Source: an uncultured virus (IMG/VR IMGVR_UViG_3300042376_001667) (lineage: Duplodnaviria; Heunggongvirae; Uroviricota; Caudoviricetes). Taken from it: DNA of 27,879 nucleotides. Below, piece after piece: positions 1 through 8,766 of this stretch (positions are counted from its first letter, which is position 1; every line of letters begins with the position of its first letter). Both the position numbers and the translations under genes were made by a program. The notes beneath the pieces are model-generated. The model was not told the origin of the DNA, did no database searches, and saw nothing but the letters and a program-made list of their open reading frames with translations. Where the stretch lies: the IMG/VR virus record IMGVR_UViG_3300042376_001667; one strand, written 5' to 3'.

Positions 1-3000
1 TTTTACAATGGTGGTGTAGATCCTATAATGTCCAGTAATTTTGGAGAGAGGTCTACAGCAACTTTTAATAACATTGCATACCTGTCAGCTACAATTCGTT
101 TAGATAGAGATGAGCCACAATTTAATAAAGTACCTACTATTCAAACTCTTATTGAAGGTAGAGTAGTAAGAGAAATTTCAAGAAGTGGAACAAGTCCAAA
201 TTTTTCATATGCATTAGGTAATAATGTTTACTCTAACAATCCTGCATATTGCTTGTTAGACTACTTGCTAGACGCTACCGTAGGTAAAGGATTAACAATT
301 TCCGATATTGACTTAGGTAGTTTCTATGATGCTGCTCAAATTTGTAACACAGTTGTACAAAGCAATGTAAATGTCGGTGGAAATATTTGGCAAACTACAG
401 ATAAGTCTCGAAATGTTACCACTAAGAATTTGCCTTTATACGAATGTAATATCATAATTGATGTTTCTAAACCTATCAGAGAAAACGTTCAATCTATACT
501 CTCAACAATGGGTGATGCAAGACTTGTATGGTCACAAGGTCGATATAAGTTGTTGCTTCAATATCCTGCTACGAATGCTAATATTAACCTCGCAGCAACA
601 ATAACCGATGATGATTTAGTACATGACAGGCCTGTAGAAATTCTTTGGCCCTCAGCGAGCGATAGACTTAACTCTTGTACTATACGATATCATAATGAAG
701 CAACTAACTTTAAAGAAGACTCTGTGTCTTGGCCTCCGAAAATCAATAGCACATTTGCTAGAGGTCTCGGCGCTACCAAGTATGTTGCAGTATCTGGTTG
801 GGAAGGCACTAGCGAAGGTGAAAGACTCTTAAATAATTATGCTGTTTGGAACGGCGGTTCTAATACAACTTCAATGTCTTGGAAAATAGTTGCACCTGCC
901 TCTGGCGACTATACTTTGAAATTTACTGCAGACGATGTTATAGACATTACTTTGAATACCACAAGTTCTAGAAGTGGGCATACTGGTGTATCTACTGTAA
1001 CAAGAACACTTACTGCAAATGCGGAGTATACAATATCAATATCTGCAACAAACACTGGCGGTTTGTTTGGAGCTGCAGCAACTTTAACGGCACCTAATGG
1101 TACCACAGTTTGGACAACCAGGAGTGATGTTTATACGTCTTTTGTAAACATATCTCAAACAAACACCGTTTACAACGCATATCTTGCAGAAGATAATAAT
1201 GTCAAACTAGAGACAGATATTTTTGCAGAAGGTATTACAGACTACTATCATGCTATTGCAAAAGCCGAAGAAACTGTAAGAATCAGTCGAACAGCTAGAA
1301 CAATAAGATTTCAATATGTTTTGAAGAATAATTACTTAGAACCCGGTGATATCATTAAGCTAAACAGCGCTACTCTAAGCTTAGGCAATACCTCTGATGT
1401 ATATCTCAGAGTGAATGAAGTAAAGCTTGAAGATAATGCAATTTGTGAAGTTGTAGGATCTCAGTTTGATGCAGCACAGCTTGTATGGAGTACTAAAGAC
1501 TCACAAGCAATAAATGCTATTAAATTGTACAACTTCTTTTTGTATGCACCATCGAGTCTTACATTTACAGCGGGTAACAATGTTGTAGCTAACTCTCCTG
1601 GAACGTTGACTTGGCCGGCATCTTCAAGCCCTTCTATTAGTGGATACATACTTTATTTTCATAAAGTATTAGATCTAGACAGCAGCGGCCGACCGATATA
1701 TAATGAAATTGGTCGTGCAACTCAAACACTGTTTTATGTTCCTGATTTAGGTGATGTTAATGGCGTTTTTGGTGTAAGAGCTTTTACAGACTCAATTGTA
1801 TCTGATTTAAGGACTAGTGGAAATGCCGTTAGGCTTAATACTGCATTAGTGCCACCAACACCAACTGGGTTTGCTGTAGCATTAGGAGGCGATTATAATC
1901 AAGTTTCAAAGCTCACTTGGACAATTCCTGCCTTAAGGTCTAATGGAATTCCTTATGCTGATCATTTCTTTACGAAGATTTTTAGAGCAAAAGACATCCC
2001 AAACCCTGTGTTTATTGAAGTAGGTACTTCAGGTACTAATGAGTATTTAGATATTTCAGCAGAATTTGGAAATTTGCTTTACAGAATTGCTTTCGTTTCA
2101 AGAAGAAATATTACAGGAAATTTATCTTCAATTGTAAGTACTACATTACAGCCTAATTACTCAGTTATTCCTGGAATTTCAGCGCCAAGTGTAAATGTAA
2201 GTAATGAGAACATAAGTTTTGGTGCACCTCTGAATGGATATGCAGGTATCGTATTTTCTAGCGGTTCATCTGCAATTACAGCTTTTATTGGAAATACTCA
2301 ACTAACTTATAGTACAACTGGCGCAAATACATTTAGTGTAACCGCTCAAGCAAGCACTGGTATTACTGTTGCAGCCGGCACGGGCACTGGCTCTACATAC
2401 ACAGTTCCTGCACCTACAGCAATGAGTGCTGATGTCGCATTTACTGATTTGTCTATTGTTGTAAGAGACGGTGCCGGAACAGCCTTGCCAGCTATTTCTA
2501 AAAGAATAACTTACAGCTTAAGCCGAAGAGGTGAAGGTGGAGCTGAAGGGACTAAAAGCGTCGCTATTAGCTGTTTTAAGTGGTCTACTACACCTATAAG
2601 TCCAATACCATCTCAAGCTGCAACTCTAACGTGGGCCGATTTAAGTATAAATTCATACCCATCAGGCTGGACTGCTGTTCCAGGTGCTGCAGCTAATAAT
2701 GGGATGGTTTTATACCAACTTACGGCAATCGTTACTGCAACAGTCTCTGCTACTACGACAAACTTTAATTGGAGCTCAGGTTATATAGGTTCAATTGGTT
2801 ATAGGCAAGACGGTTCAATAGGTTTACAAGGAAAATCTAGTAGAACTGCGTATACTGTAACAACTAGCGCTACTCCTCCTACTGGTATAACAGCAGGTAC
2901 AGGTGATGTTGTTCCAACTTCTCCAGGGACATGGAGTTTCAGTGCTACAAGCACACTGACAGAAGGTCAGTACATGTATCAAGTCGACGGCTTGTATGAT

Positions 3001-4194
3001 GTTGTTACTGACGCAATTGTTTGGGGTAATGCTTACTTAAGTAATCTGAAAGTTGGTTCTTTAAGTGCTATATCTGCAAATCTTGGAGCTATAAGTGCAG
3101 GCTCTATAAATATCAACAGCGGTGTAGCTACTATTTCAAATACTGGTGCAGCAGTCTTTAGAAATATTCAGATACAAGACTCTGGCGGTGGAATTATTCT
3201 GCAAAGTAACGGAAATATTGATTACTCAAGAGTAAATAATAAACCGGCATCTCTGAATGATATTAATACTGCCGAAAGTACTAAGCTTACTGGTATTGCA
3301 ACTGGTGCTAATAACACTTCTATTGATGCTAATGGTTTGATACAAGGAGTTAGTTCCGGTAGTGGGACTTTGGTGTCAAATGACAAGATACGCTCTGGAG
3401 GTATTAATTTAGTAGGTAATAGTGGTTTTATGAAAACCAGCCCCACCATGCCTACCAATTGGAGTCTTTATAATAATGCTGGCGTTGCCACTACAACTTC
3501 TGTTCAAGCTGGTGGCTTGTTTGGTCAAAACTACTATAGAGTAACTACTGGCGCAAATACAACATCAACAATGGGTATTTATATTGTCCCTAGTTCTACG
3601 GACTCTGTCAAAGCTTGGGAACCTGGACAAACTTACTGTATTTCTTATTGGGCAAGAGGCCAGGCAGGCGCTGTTGGAAAGACTATGAACGGTTTTGACA
3701 GCAATATGGGTTTTAATACTACTACAATTTTAGAGAATCCAGCTGTGACAGGTACATGGCAGCGTTACGTATTTAAAGGAAAACCTAACAGCAATGCAAC
3801 AACACCTAATGGTGAATTGTTTCTCTCTTGGTTCACTACTGGAACTTTAAATAGCGGCTCTATTATTGATATTTGTTGCCCTAAAGTAGAGCTGGGAGAT
3901 CAGCCTAGTTCTTGGACGCCAGCTCCTCAAGATCTTGTCTCTGTTGGTAATAAGATTACAGCTACGACTGCTTCAACATTTATTGCTGATGCTGCGATTC
4001 AAAATGCTCAAATTGGTGATGCCCAAATTAGTCTTGCGAAAATTAACACCGCCACTATCGGCAGCCTGTCTGCAATAACAGCGACTATAGGTACATTACG
4101 AACTACAGCTAGTGGTAGCCGAGTAGAAATCCGTGACAACGTAATAGAAGTTTACGAAAGTAATGTTTTACGTGTTAAAATTGGAAACTTATAA
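1..4194 (+). CDS. Tail tip / host-specificity protein (lambda J-like central fibre), 5'-truncated
   Basis: Frame is open from base 1 (FYNGGVDPIM...). J-like motifs include NNPAYCLLDYL, IDLGSF..AA..C, ECNIIID and LEPGDII. These are followed by FN3-like segments, a carbohydrate-binding-like module (GINLVGNSGF...PKVELGDQPSSWTPAPQD) and a typical J C-terminus (GSRVEIRDNVIEVYESNVLRVKIGNL). Confidence 0.85.
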   Translation, partial: FYNGGVDPIMSSNFGERSTATFNNIAYLSATIRLDRDEPQFNKVPTIQTLIEGRVVREISRSGTSPNFSYALGNNVYSNNPAYCLLDYLLDATVGKGLTISDIDLGSFYDAAQICNTVVQSNVNVGGNIWQTTDKSRNVTTKNLPLYECNIIIDVSKPIRENVQSILSTMGDARLVWSQGRYKLLLQYPATNANINLAATITDDDLVHDRPVEILWPSASDRLNSCTIRYHNEATNFKEDSVSWPPKINSTFARGLGATKYVAVSGWEGTSEGERLLNNYAVWNGGSNTTSMSWKIVAPASGDYTLKFTADDVIDITLNTTSSRSGHTGVSTVTRTLTANAEYTISISATNTGGLFGAAATLTAPNGTTVWTTRSDVYTSFVNISQTNTVYNAYLAEDNNVKLETDIFAEGITDYYHAIAKAEETVRISRTARTIRFQYVLKNNYLEPGDIIKLNSATLSLGNTSDVYLRVNEVKLEDNAICEVVGSQFDAAQLVWSTKDSQAINAIKLYNFFLYAPSSLTFTAGNNVVANSPGTLTWPASSSPSISGYILYFHKVLDLDSSGRPIYNEIGRATQTLFYVPDLGDVNGVFGVRAFTDSIVSDLRTSGNAVRLNTALVPPTPTGFAVALGGDYNQVSKLTWTIPALRSNGIPYADHFFTKIFRAKDIPNPVFIEVGTSGTNEYLDISAEFGNLLYRIAFVSRRNITGNLSSIVSTTLQPNYSVIPGISAPSVNVSNENISFGAPLNGYAGIVFSSGSSAITAFIGNTQLTYSTTGANTFSVTAQASTGITVAAGTGTGSTYTVPAPTAMSADVAFTDLSIVVRDGAGTALPAISKRITYSLSRRGEGGAEGTKSVAISCFKWSTTPISPIPSQAATLTWADLSINSYPSGWTAVPGAAANNGMVLYQLTAIVTATVSATTTNFNWSSGYIGSIGYRQDGSIGLQGKSSRTAYTVTTSATPPTGITAGTGDVVPTSPGTWSFSATSTLTEGQYMYQVDGLYDVVTDAIVWGNAYLSNLKVGSLSAISANLGAISAGSININSGVATISNTGAAVFRNIQIQDSGGGIILQSNGNIDYSRVNNKPASLNDINTAESTKLTGIATGANNTSIDANGLIQGVSSGSGTLVSNDKIRSGGINLVGNSGFMKTSPTMPTNWSLYNNAGVATTTSVQAGGLFGQNYYRVTTGANTTSTMGIYIVPSSTDSVKAWEPGQTYCISYWARGQAGAVGKTMNGFDSNMGFNTTTILENPAVTGTWQRYVFKGKPNSNATTPNGELFLSWFTTGTLNSGSIIDICCPKVELGDQPSSWTPAPQDLVSVGNKITATTASTFIADAAIQNAQIGDAQISLAKINTATIGSLSAITATIGTLRTTASGSRVEIRDNVIEVYESNVLRVKIGNL

Positions 4195-4205
4195 AAGGAC
4201 TGTGT

Positions 4206-4520
4206 ATGCCTTACGGAATGAGAATTTGGGATGCTAGTGGCAATCTAACTCTAGACACCACAGACCGAATAACCCGGTTTGTGACAAGTATAACACCAGG
4301 TACTATCGCAGCAAATTCAACAGTCAGTTACAGTGTGCCCGGCATCGTAGACGATGGTACGTGGTTTTTGGTAGTAATGAACACATGGCGACCGGCTTCT
4401 AATAGCACTGCTGTTTTTATCGTAATGACAATTACATCTGGTTTTATAAATGCTGAAAATAAGAGTACCACGGCTTGGACAAATGGTCTTGGTACTAGAA
4501 TAGAAGTATTTAGGGGCTGA
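4206..4520 (+). CDS. Small tail-tip accessory protein
   Basis: The MPYGMRIWDASG...LD N-terminus is typical of small proteins encoded just downstream of J-like genes. RBS AAGGA upstream. Confidence 0.65.
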   Translation: MPYGMRIWDASGNLTLDTTDRITRFVTSITPGTIAANSTVSYSVPGIVDDGTWFLVVMNTWRPASNSTAVFIVMTITSGFINAENKSTTAWTNGLGTRIEVFRG

Positions 4521-4521
4521 T

Positions 4522-5157
4522 ATGTCATACGGTATTAATATTTATAACGCTGCCAATAACATTATTATTAGCCAAGACTTTACTAACTATCACGTGGTTT
4601 CAAGCGGCACACTTGCAAATGCTGCGGCATGGCCTACGATTGCTGCTAATGAGATTCTTTTTATCAGAGCAAATACAGCAGGTGCAATAGTAAGATCTAG
4701 TATTCCGATAGGCACAATTTCGGTTTCTGCTGGGCTTGTCGAATATGTTGTGGTTAGACGTACTCCAAGCCCTTCCGCTAACACGTTTGGCCTACGCGTA
4801 TATCAATCCGACGGAGTTAGCATAGCCTTTGACTCGGGGGCAGCAGCTGCAAAAATTGTATCAAGCTATACAAAAGTTGGACGGTCTGATGGGTTTTTTG
4901 CGTATTGGAATGTTACACTAAATCAACCTATTGCAGTTCCTACTGGCAGAAAACGATATATTACTGCCGAACCTTTCAGAGGCTTGACAGCAGTTTGGCC
5001 AGGATTCTTTCCTTTTCCGCCTGCTATAATTCTTGACCAAATCACTTGGACCTCTGATACGCAACAGTATATTGACCAATTTACCACGGGTGGTGGTGGT
5101 TCAGGCGCTCCAATAGACTTTCAAAGTTCAAAGATCTTTTTAACCATTGATATATAG
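4522..5157 (+). CDS. Tail-tip accessory protein
   Basis: MSYGINIYNA start and an internal FGLRVYQSDG..FDS repeat of the same motif class. Tightly packed after the previous gene. Confidence 0.6.
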   Translation: MSYGINIYNAANNIIISQDFTNYHVVSSGTLANAAAWPTIAANEILFIRANTAGAIVRSSIPIGTISVSAGLVEYVVVRRTPSPSANTFGLRVYQSDGVSIAFDSGAAAAKIVSSYTKVGRSDGFFAYWNVTLNQPIAVPTGRKRYITAEPFRGLTAVWPGFFPFPPAIILDQITWTSDTQQYIDQFTTGGGGSGAPIDFQSSKIFLTIDI

Positions 5158-5164
5158 GCCCAAA

Positions 5165-5767
5165 ATGATGAGTGTATTCGTATATCTTGACCAAAATCAA
5201 ACACCAACCGGAGTGCAGCGTTTCGAAACAATGCCCGGAGTGGACATTACAGTTCCACCTGGAGTCTTGTATTTTGAAGACGCTTCTGAGCTACCTAATG
5301 ACATGGATATCATAAACCATTGGAGAATAAAATCAGGTGTGTTAACAGACGTCGGTCCAAATCCAGGTCCTTCGTATCGTTGGGACACAAATTCTGAAAG
5401 CTGGATTCCAGACATACCAAAGGCAAAAGAAAATAAACTTCAACAATTAAAAGCTACGAGAGACCAAAAAGAATCTGGAGGCTTTGTTTGGGATGGTAGC
5501 GTATTTGATAGTGATCCATTGAGCCAATTAAGGATACAAGGTAGTGTAGCATTAGCGCAAGTTGCTTTTGCTTCCAATACGCCCTTTACAATAGAGTGGA
5601 CTTTAAAAAACAATTCTATAAGAAGTCTTTCAGGACAAGATATGATTCAAGTTGGACTCTCTTTAGCAAATCATATTATCACAATTCATCAGACTTATAG
5701 AGATTTAAAAGAACAGCTAAGTAATGCAACAACTCTGCAGGTTATAGACAACATTTTATGGCCTTAG
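5165..5767 (+). CDS. DUF4376-like tail-associated protein
   Basis: C-terminal GGFVWDGSVFDSDPLSQLRI...WTLKNN...LSGQDM...I.W pattern is typical of DUF4376 tail fibre-associated proteins. Start at 5165 or 5168 is likelier than 5147. Confidence 0.7.
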   Translation: MMSVFVYLDQNQTPTGVQRFETMPGVDITVPPGVLYFEDASELPNDMDIINHWRIKSGVLTDVGPNPGPSYRWDTNSESWIPDIPKAKENKLQQLKATRDQKESGGFVWDGSVFDSDPLSQLRIQGSVALAQVAFASNTPFTIEWTLKNNSIRSLSGQDMIQVGLSLANHIITIHQTYRDLKEQLSNATTLQVIDNILWP

Positions 5768-6213
5768 CTGTAATTGATAAAATAAAGCTTTTTGATGAGA
5801 TTGCATACTGTGTCAACATGTATGCTAGTTTGAATGACTTTACTTTTCTTCCAATCGATCGTAAGCTAGCTGTACAAAACTTAAGCTTAGCAGTGCGTCG
5901 TCAAAAGTTTATACGAGTTTTAAAACAAGACAATCAAATAGTAGCCTGGATTTATGCAGATGTTGGAAACAGTCTTCATATGAATGAAAAAGTACTACAA
6001 CAGCAATATTATTGCTCAACTTTAGCTGGAACGAAAGCCTTTAGAGCAGTCCAAATCTTACACGAAGAACTTTTAAAATATGCCAAAGAAAACAAATACG
6101 ATATAGTATTCTCTAATGGAAGTCACATGGATGAAAAATACGTCTTTACTCGTATGCTGGAAAAACTAGGCTGGCAACGCCGGGGCTACGTGGCCTACAA
6201 ACGGCCCGACTAG
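5758..6213 (+). CDS. Putative GNAT-fold acetyltransferase-like protein
   Basis: About 150 aa with a ...IVAWIYA... strand, a LLKYAKENKYDIV helix-strand and C-terminal RMLEKLGW, matching the GNAT C-terminal pattern. Confidence 0.5.
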   Translation: MALAVIDKIKLFDEIAYCVNMYASLNDFTFLPIDRKLAVQNLSLAVRRQKFIRVLKQDNQIVAWIYADVGNSLHMNEKVLQQQYYCSTLAGTKAFRAVQILHEELLKYAKENKYDIVFSNGSHMDEKYVFTRMLEKLGWQRRGYVAYKRPD

Positions 6214-6252
6214 GTACCAGACGGGTCCACCTTGCAAAAATTTTTCAGCGGT

Positions 6253-6304
6253 AGGGCCAGGGTGATGTCGTGAAAAATCGCGTCACCTTGGACCCCTTTT
6301 CTTT
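6253..6304 (+). terminator. Probable rho-independent terminator of the tail operon
   Basis: Imperfect GC-rich stem AGGGCCAGGGTGATG / CGTCACCTTGGACCCCT followed by TTTCTTT. Confidence 0.5.
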
Positions 6305-6411
6305 GCATATTTATTAGCGGAACCCGTTAGATTAACCCAAGGACGGCCCCTCTATTAAGTATCTGTATCATATTGTAGTAGATGTTATAGTACTAAAGTA
6401 TAAGGAATAGA

Positions 6412-6939
6412 ATGATACCGTTAATAATTCAGCCATTGATTGCAGGAGGTCTTAATCTCCTTGCTAACGCAGCTATGGCAAAGGGTAAAGAGTGGGTTGA
6501 AGAGAAGACTGGTATCGATATTGATAAGGCTTCTTTGTCACCTCAAGAGCTTCATAAGCTTCAACAGTTTGAAATGGATCACGAAGAAGAACTGTTGAAA
6601 ATTAAACAAGAAGATAACCGAATTGCTGCAGATCTAGAAAAAGCATATCTAGCTGACGTTCAAAATGCTAGAGGAATGCAAGTTAAAGCAATTGAGTCTG
6701 ACGATAAGTTTGTTAGACGATTTGTGTATTACTTCGCAATCTTCTGGGCAATCTGTACTGCGGCTTACATAGGCTTCATTACTTTTGGTGTAGTGCCAGA
6801 AGATAATATTCGATTTGCAGACACAATTCTCGGTTTCTTGCTTGGCACAATTCTGTCTGGAATCTTTAACTTTTTCTATGGTTCGTCTAAAGGCAGTCAA
6901 GATAAGACTCAAGCAATGCTTAAGGAGATCTCTAAATGA
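6412..6939 (+). CDS. Holin (3TM/GTA-holin-like)
   Basis: Soluble N-terminus, a D..NAR.MQ motif, two hydrophobic segments and a YGSS.GS..K C-terminal motif. Overlaps the endolysin start (ATGA). Confidence 0.75.
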   Translation: MIPLIIQPLIAGGLNLLANAAMAKGKEWVEEKTGIDIDKASLSPQELHKLQQFEMDHEEELLKIKQEDNRIAADLEKAYLADVQNARGMQVKAIESDDKFVRRFVYYFAIFWAICTAAYIGFITFGVVPEDNIRFADTILGFLLGTILSGIFNFFYGSSKGSQDKTQAMLKEISK

Positions 6940-7265
6940 TGACATTAGGTCAACATCAAGAAGCCTTTGCGAGAGATCTTGCAAAACTATTGTCAAAAGC
7001 TTTTGAGCTAGGTTATGATGCTCGCTTAGGTGAGCTACAAAGAACAGTTGATCAGCAGACTATTTATGTTAAGACAGGCAAGTCGCAAACAATGAATAGT
7101 ATGCATTTAAAGAAATGTGCAATTGACATTTTCTTTACAAGATCAGGGCAGCTTGTATACCCTGAAGAGCTTGGGAAATATTGGGAGAGCTTGAATTCTC
7201 TTAACCAAGCTGGTATGTTCTGGCGAAAATTTAAAGATGGTCCACATTACGAAAGAAGGTGTTAA
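6936..7265 (+). CDS. Endolysin, peptidase M15 family (L-Ala-D-Glu peptidase-like)
   Basis: R..Q, S.H....A.D (SMHLKKCAID) and D..H.E (DGPHYE) zinc-peptidase motifs. Directly follows the holin. Confidence 0.85.
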   Translation: MMTLGQHQEAFARDLAKLLSKAFELGYDARLGELQRTVDQQTIYVKTGKSQTMNSMHLKKCAIDIFFTRSGQLVYPEELGKYWESLNSLNQAGMFWRKFKDGPHYERRC

Positions 7266-7376
7266 ATGGCTACGAAACCAATGATCCCAATTAAGAAAGA
7301 TAATTTTAAGGCGTGCCCTGGATGCCCTAGTCCAGGTAAGTGCAAAGCTGCAGGCAAGTGTCTTAAGAGCAAGTAA
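7266..7376 (+). CDS. 36-aa basic Cys-rich protein (MATKPMIPIKKDNFKACPGCPSPGKCKAAGKCLKSK)
   Basis: ATG immediately follows the endolysin stop, with GAAGG upstream. Four Cys in CxxC-x5-C-x5-C spacing. Ends just before a terminator. Not in the ORF track. Confidence 0.65.
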   Translation: MATKPMIPIKKDNFKACPGCPSPGKCKAAGKCLKSK

Positions 7377-7380
7377 CATC

Positions 7381-7409
7381 AACCCCACTGAAAGGTGGGG
7401 TTTTATTTT
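7381..7409 (+). terminator. Rho-independent terminator
   Basis: AACCCCAC-TGAAAG-GTGGGGTT followed by TTATTTT. Confidence 0.8.
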
Positions 7410-7418
7410 GGAGTTAAG

Positions 7419-7670
7419 ATGCCATACGATCCTAGTAGAAAAAGAGATTACAAAAAAGAATATAAGCAAGACCTGAAAACTGGAAAGTCAGGTCCAGGTA
7501 GTGATCAACATGAACGCCAGAAGGCTAGACGAATGTATGATTCTATGGGTATTGATAGAGATGGTAAGCATATAGACCACAAGAAACCAATTAGGAGTGG
7601 CGGTAAGTCTGTTAAAGGTAATTTAAGATTACGTGACCCTAGCAAGAACAGCGCTGATAACGGCAAATAG
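7419..7670 (+). CDS. Small HNH endonuclease-like protein
   Basis: HIDHKKPIRSGG....NLRL....N HNH-type motif. GGAG RBS before ATG 7419. Confidence 0.75.
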   Translation: MPYDPSRKRDYKKEYKQDLKTGKSGPGSDQHERQKARRMYDSMGIDRDGKHIDHKKPIRSGGKSVKGNLRLRDPSKNSADNGK

Positions 7671-7683
7671 TTCAACGGGTGTC

Positions 7684-7719
7684 ATGCGGGAAAATCGGTA
7701 TCTTATATGATAAGCAAGG
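7684..7719 (+). promoter_or_regulatory. Repeated promoter-like motif, copy 1 (core GTATCTTATATGATAAG)
   Basis: The 17-nt core is identical at 7698, 11350 and 12575. Each copy is intergenic and preceded by TGCG and an A-run. Confidence 0.65.
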
Positions 7720-7753
7720 GCTTCCCAATAAACTGTCTTTAAAGGAGTTTAAA

Positions 7754-7981
7754 ATGATAGTAGCTGTTTCTGACGTGAGTCTTTTAACAATTGAAATTTG
7801 TGTTGAATGTAATTTCACAAGAAACCGTTTTCAATTTATGAGCGAAAAAGATTTGCCAGAAAATGCAGAATTTCCTTACAACAGTGATTTGCATAACGGA
7901 CATGAAATCGATTATGTCCGTTTTGTAAACATTGTGTGTAAGAAATGCATAGAAGCAGAAAGTGAAACTGATGAGGCTTGA
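7754..7981 (+). CDS. Hypothetical protein with two CxxC motifs (possible Zn-binding)
   Basis: AAGGAG RBS before ATG 7754. Contains CVEC and CKKC. Its 3' end overlaps the hammerhead. Confidence 0.6.
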   Translation: MIVAVSDVSLLTIEICVECNFTRNRFQFMSEKDLPENAEFPYNSDLHNGHEIDYVRFVNIVCKKCIEAESETDEA

Positions 7982-8025
7982 ATAATAGCCGAAACCTAGG
8001 CCCTTCGGGGCCGATGGTCTTTCAC
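7962..8025 (+). ncRNA. Type I hammerhead ribozyme
   Basis: Stem I GTGAAA(7962-67)/TTTCAC(8020-25). Core CTGATGA(7968-74). Stem II GGCT/AGCC. GAAA(7991-94). Stem III ACC/GGT capped by GGCCC-TTCG-GGGCC. Cleavage triplet GTC(8017-19). Confidence 0.9.
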
Positions 8026-8051
8026 ACCTTTTTCTTGATTTAGGAGAAAAC

Positions 8052-8726
8052 ATGAGCACTATCACAACTGAACAACAACAGGCAATCGCTGCAAAGCTAT
8101 CAAACATGACCTTGCGATCAGGCCTAGGCAATGAAGAATCAGCATGTTCTATTGCAGCCATAAACCTTGCTTTGACCGGTAAACTAACTGACGATATTCC
8201 GCCGTGCATGTCTGAGGTGATCGGCACATGGATCATCAAAATTCAGGATGCCATGCCTTTTGATATTAGGAACTCAGTACGCTGGAAGGAACTGCTGCCA
8301 CGAGCAGCTGGTACAGGCTGCGAAAAAGAGAGCCAGCGTCATGCAATTCTTTGCGATTGGATGTGGGGTGTTGTTCTCCCTACATTTCAGCCAATTGCCG
8401 ATAAGTATGGCTTCGGTGCTAATTGGACGCATATGACAAATGAACGAACGTCTAAGGCAGCGAACGAGGCGGCGCGACATGCCGGAGAAGTGAGAATTGA
8501 TGCTGACGAAGCTGTGTTGCATTTGCAGACACTGTACAAGGCGGGTAAAGCCGACGAAATGGCGGCGCGTAGGATGTCATACGAAGCCGGAAAAGCGATG
8601 GTAGCAGCGTTACAGGCAAGTGCAACCTGGCACGCAGAGGTGGCAGTAACAGTTGGAGTGGATGACGCAATATGGTATCGATTCGATCCATGTATGTGGC
8701 TCGCACGTCTTATTAACGTAAAATAA
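8052..8726 (+). CDS. Hypothetical phage protein, paralog 1
   Basis: AGGAG RBS. Shares ACS.AAIN.AL.G.L...IPPCMSEVIG.WII..QD.MP with 8767..9480. Confidence 0.8.
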   Translation: MSTITTEQQQAIAAKLSNMTLRSGLGNEESACSIAAINLALTGKLTDDIPPCMSEVIGTWIIKIQDAMPFDIRNSVRWKELLPRAAGTGCEKESQRHAILCDWMWGVVLPTFQPIADKYGFGANWTHMTNERTSKAANEAARHAGEVRIDADEAVLHLQTLYKAGKADEMAARRMSYEAGKAMVAALQASATWHAEVAVTVGVDDAIWYRFDPCMWLARLINVK

Positions 8727-8766
8727 CACGCACTTTCAAACGGACTTCTCAACATAGGAGAAATAG

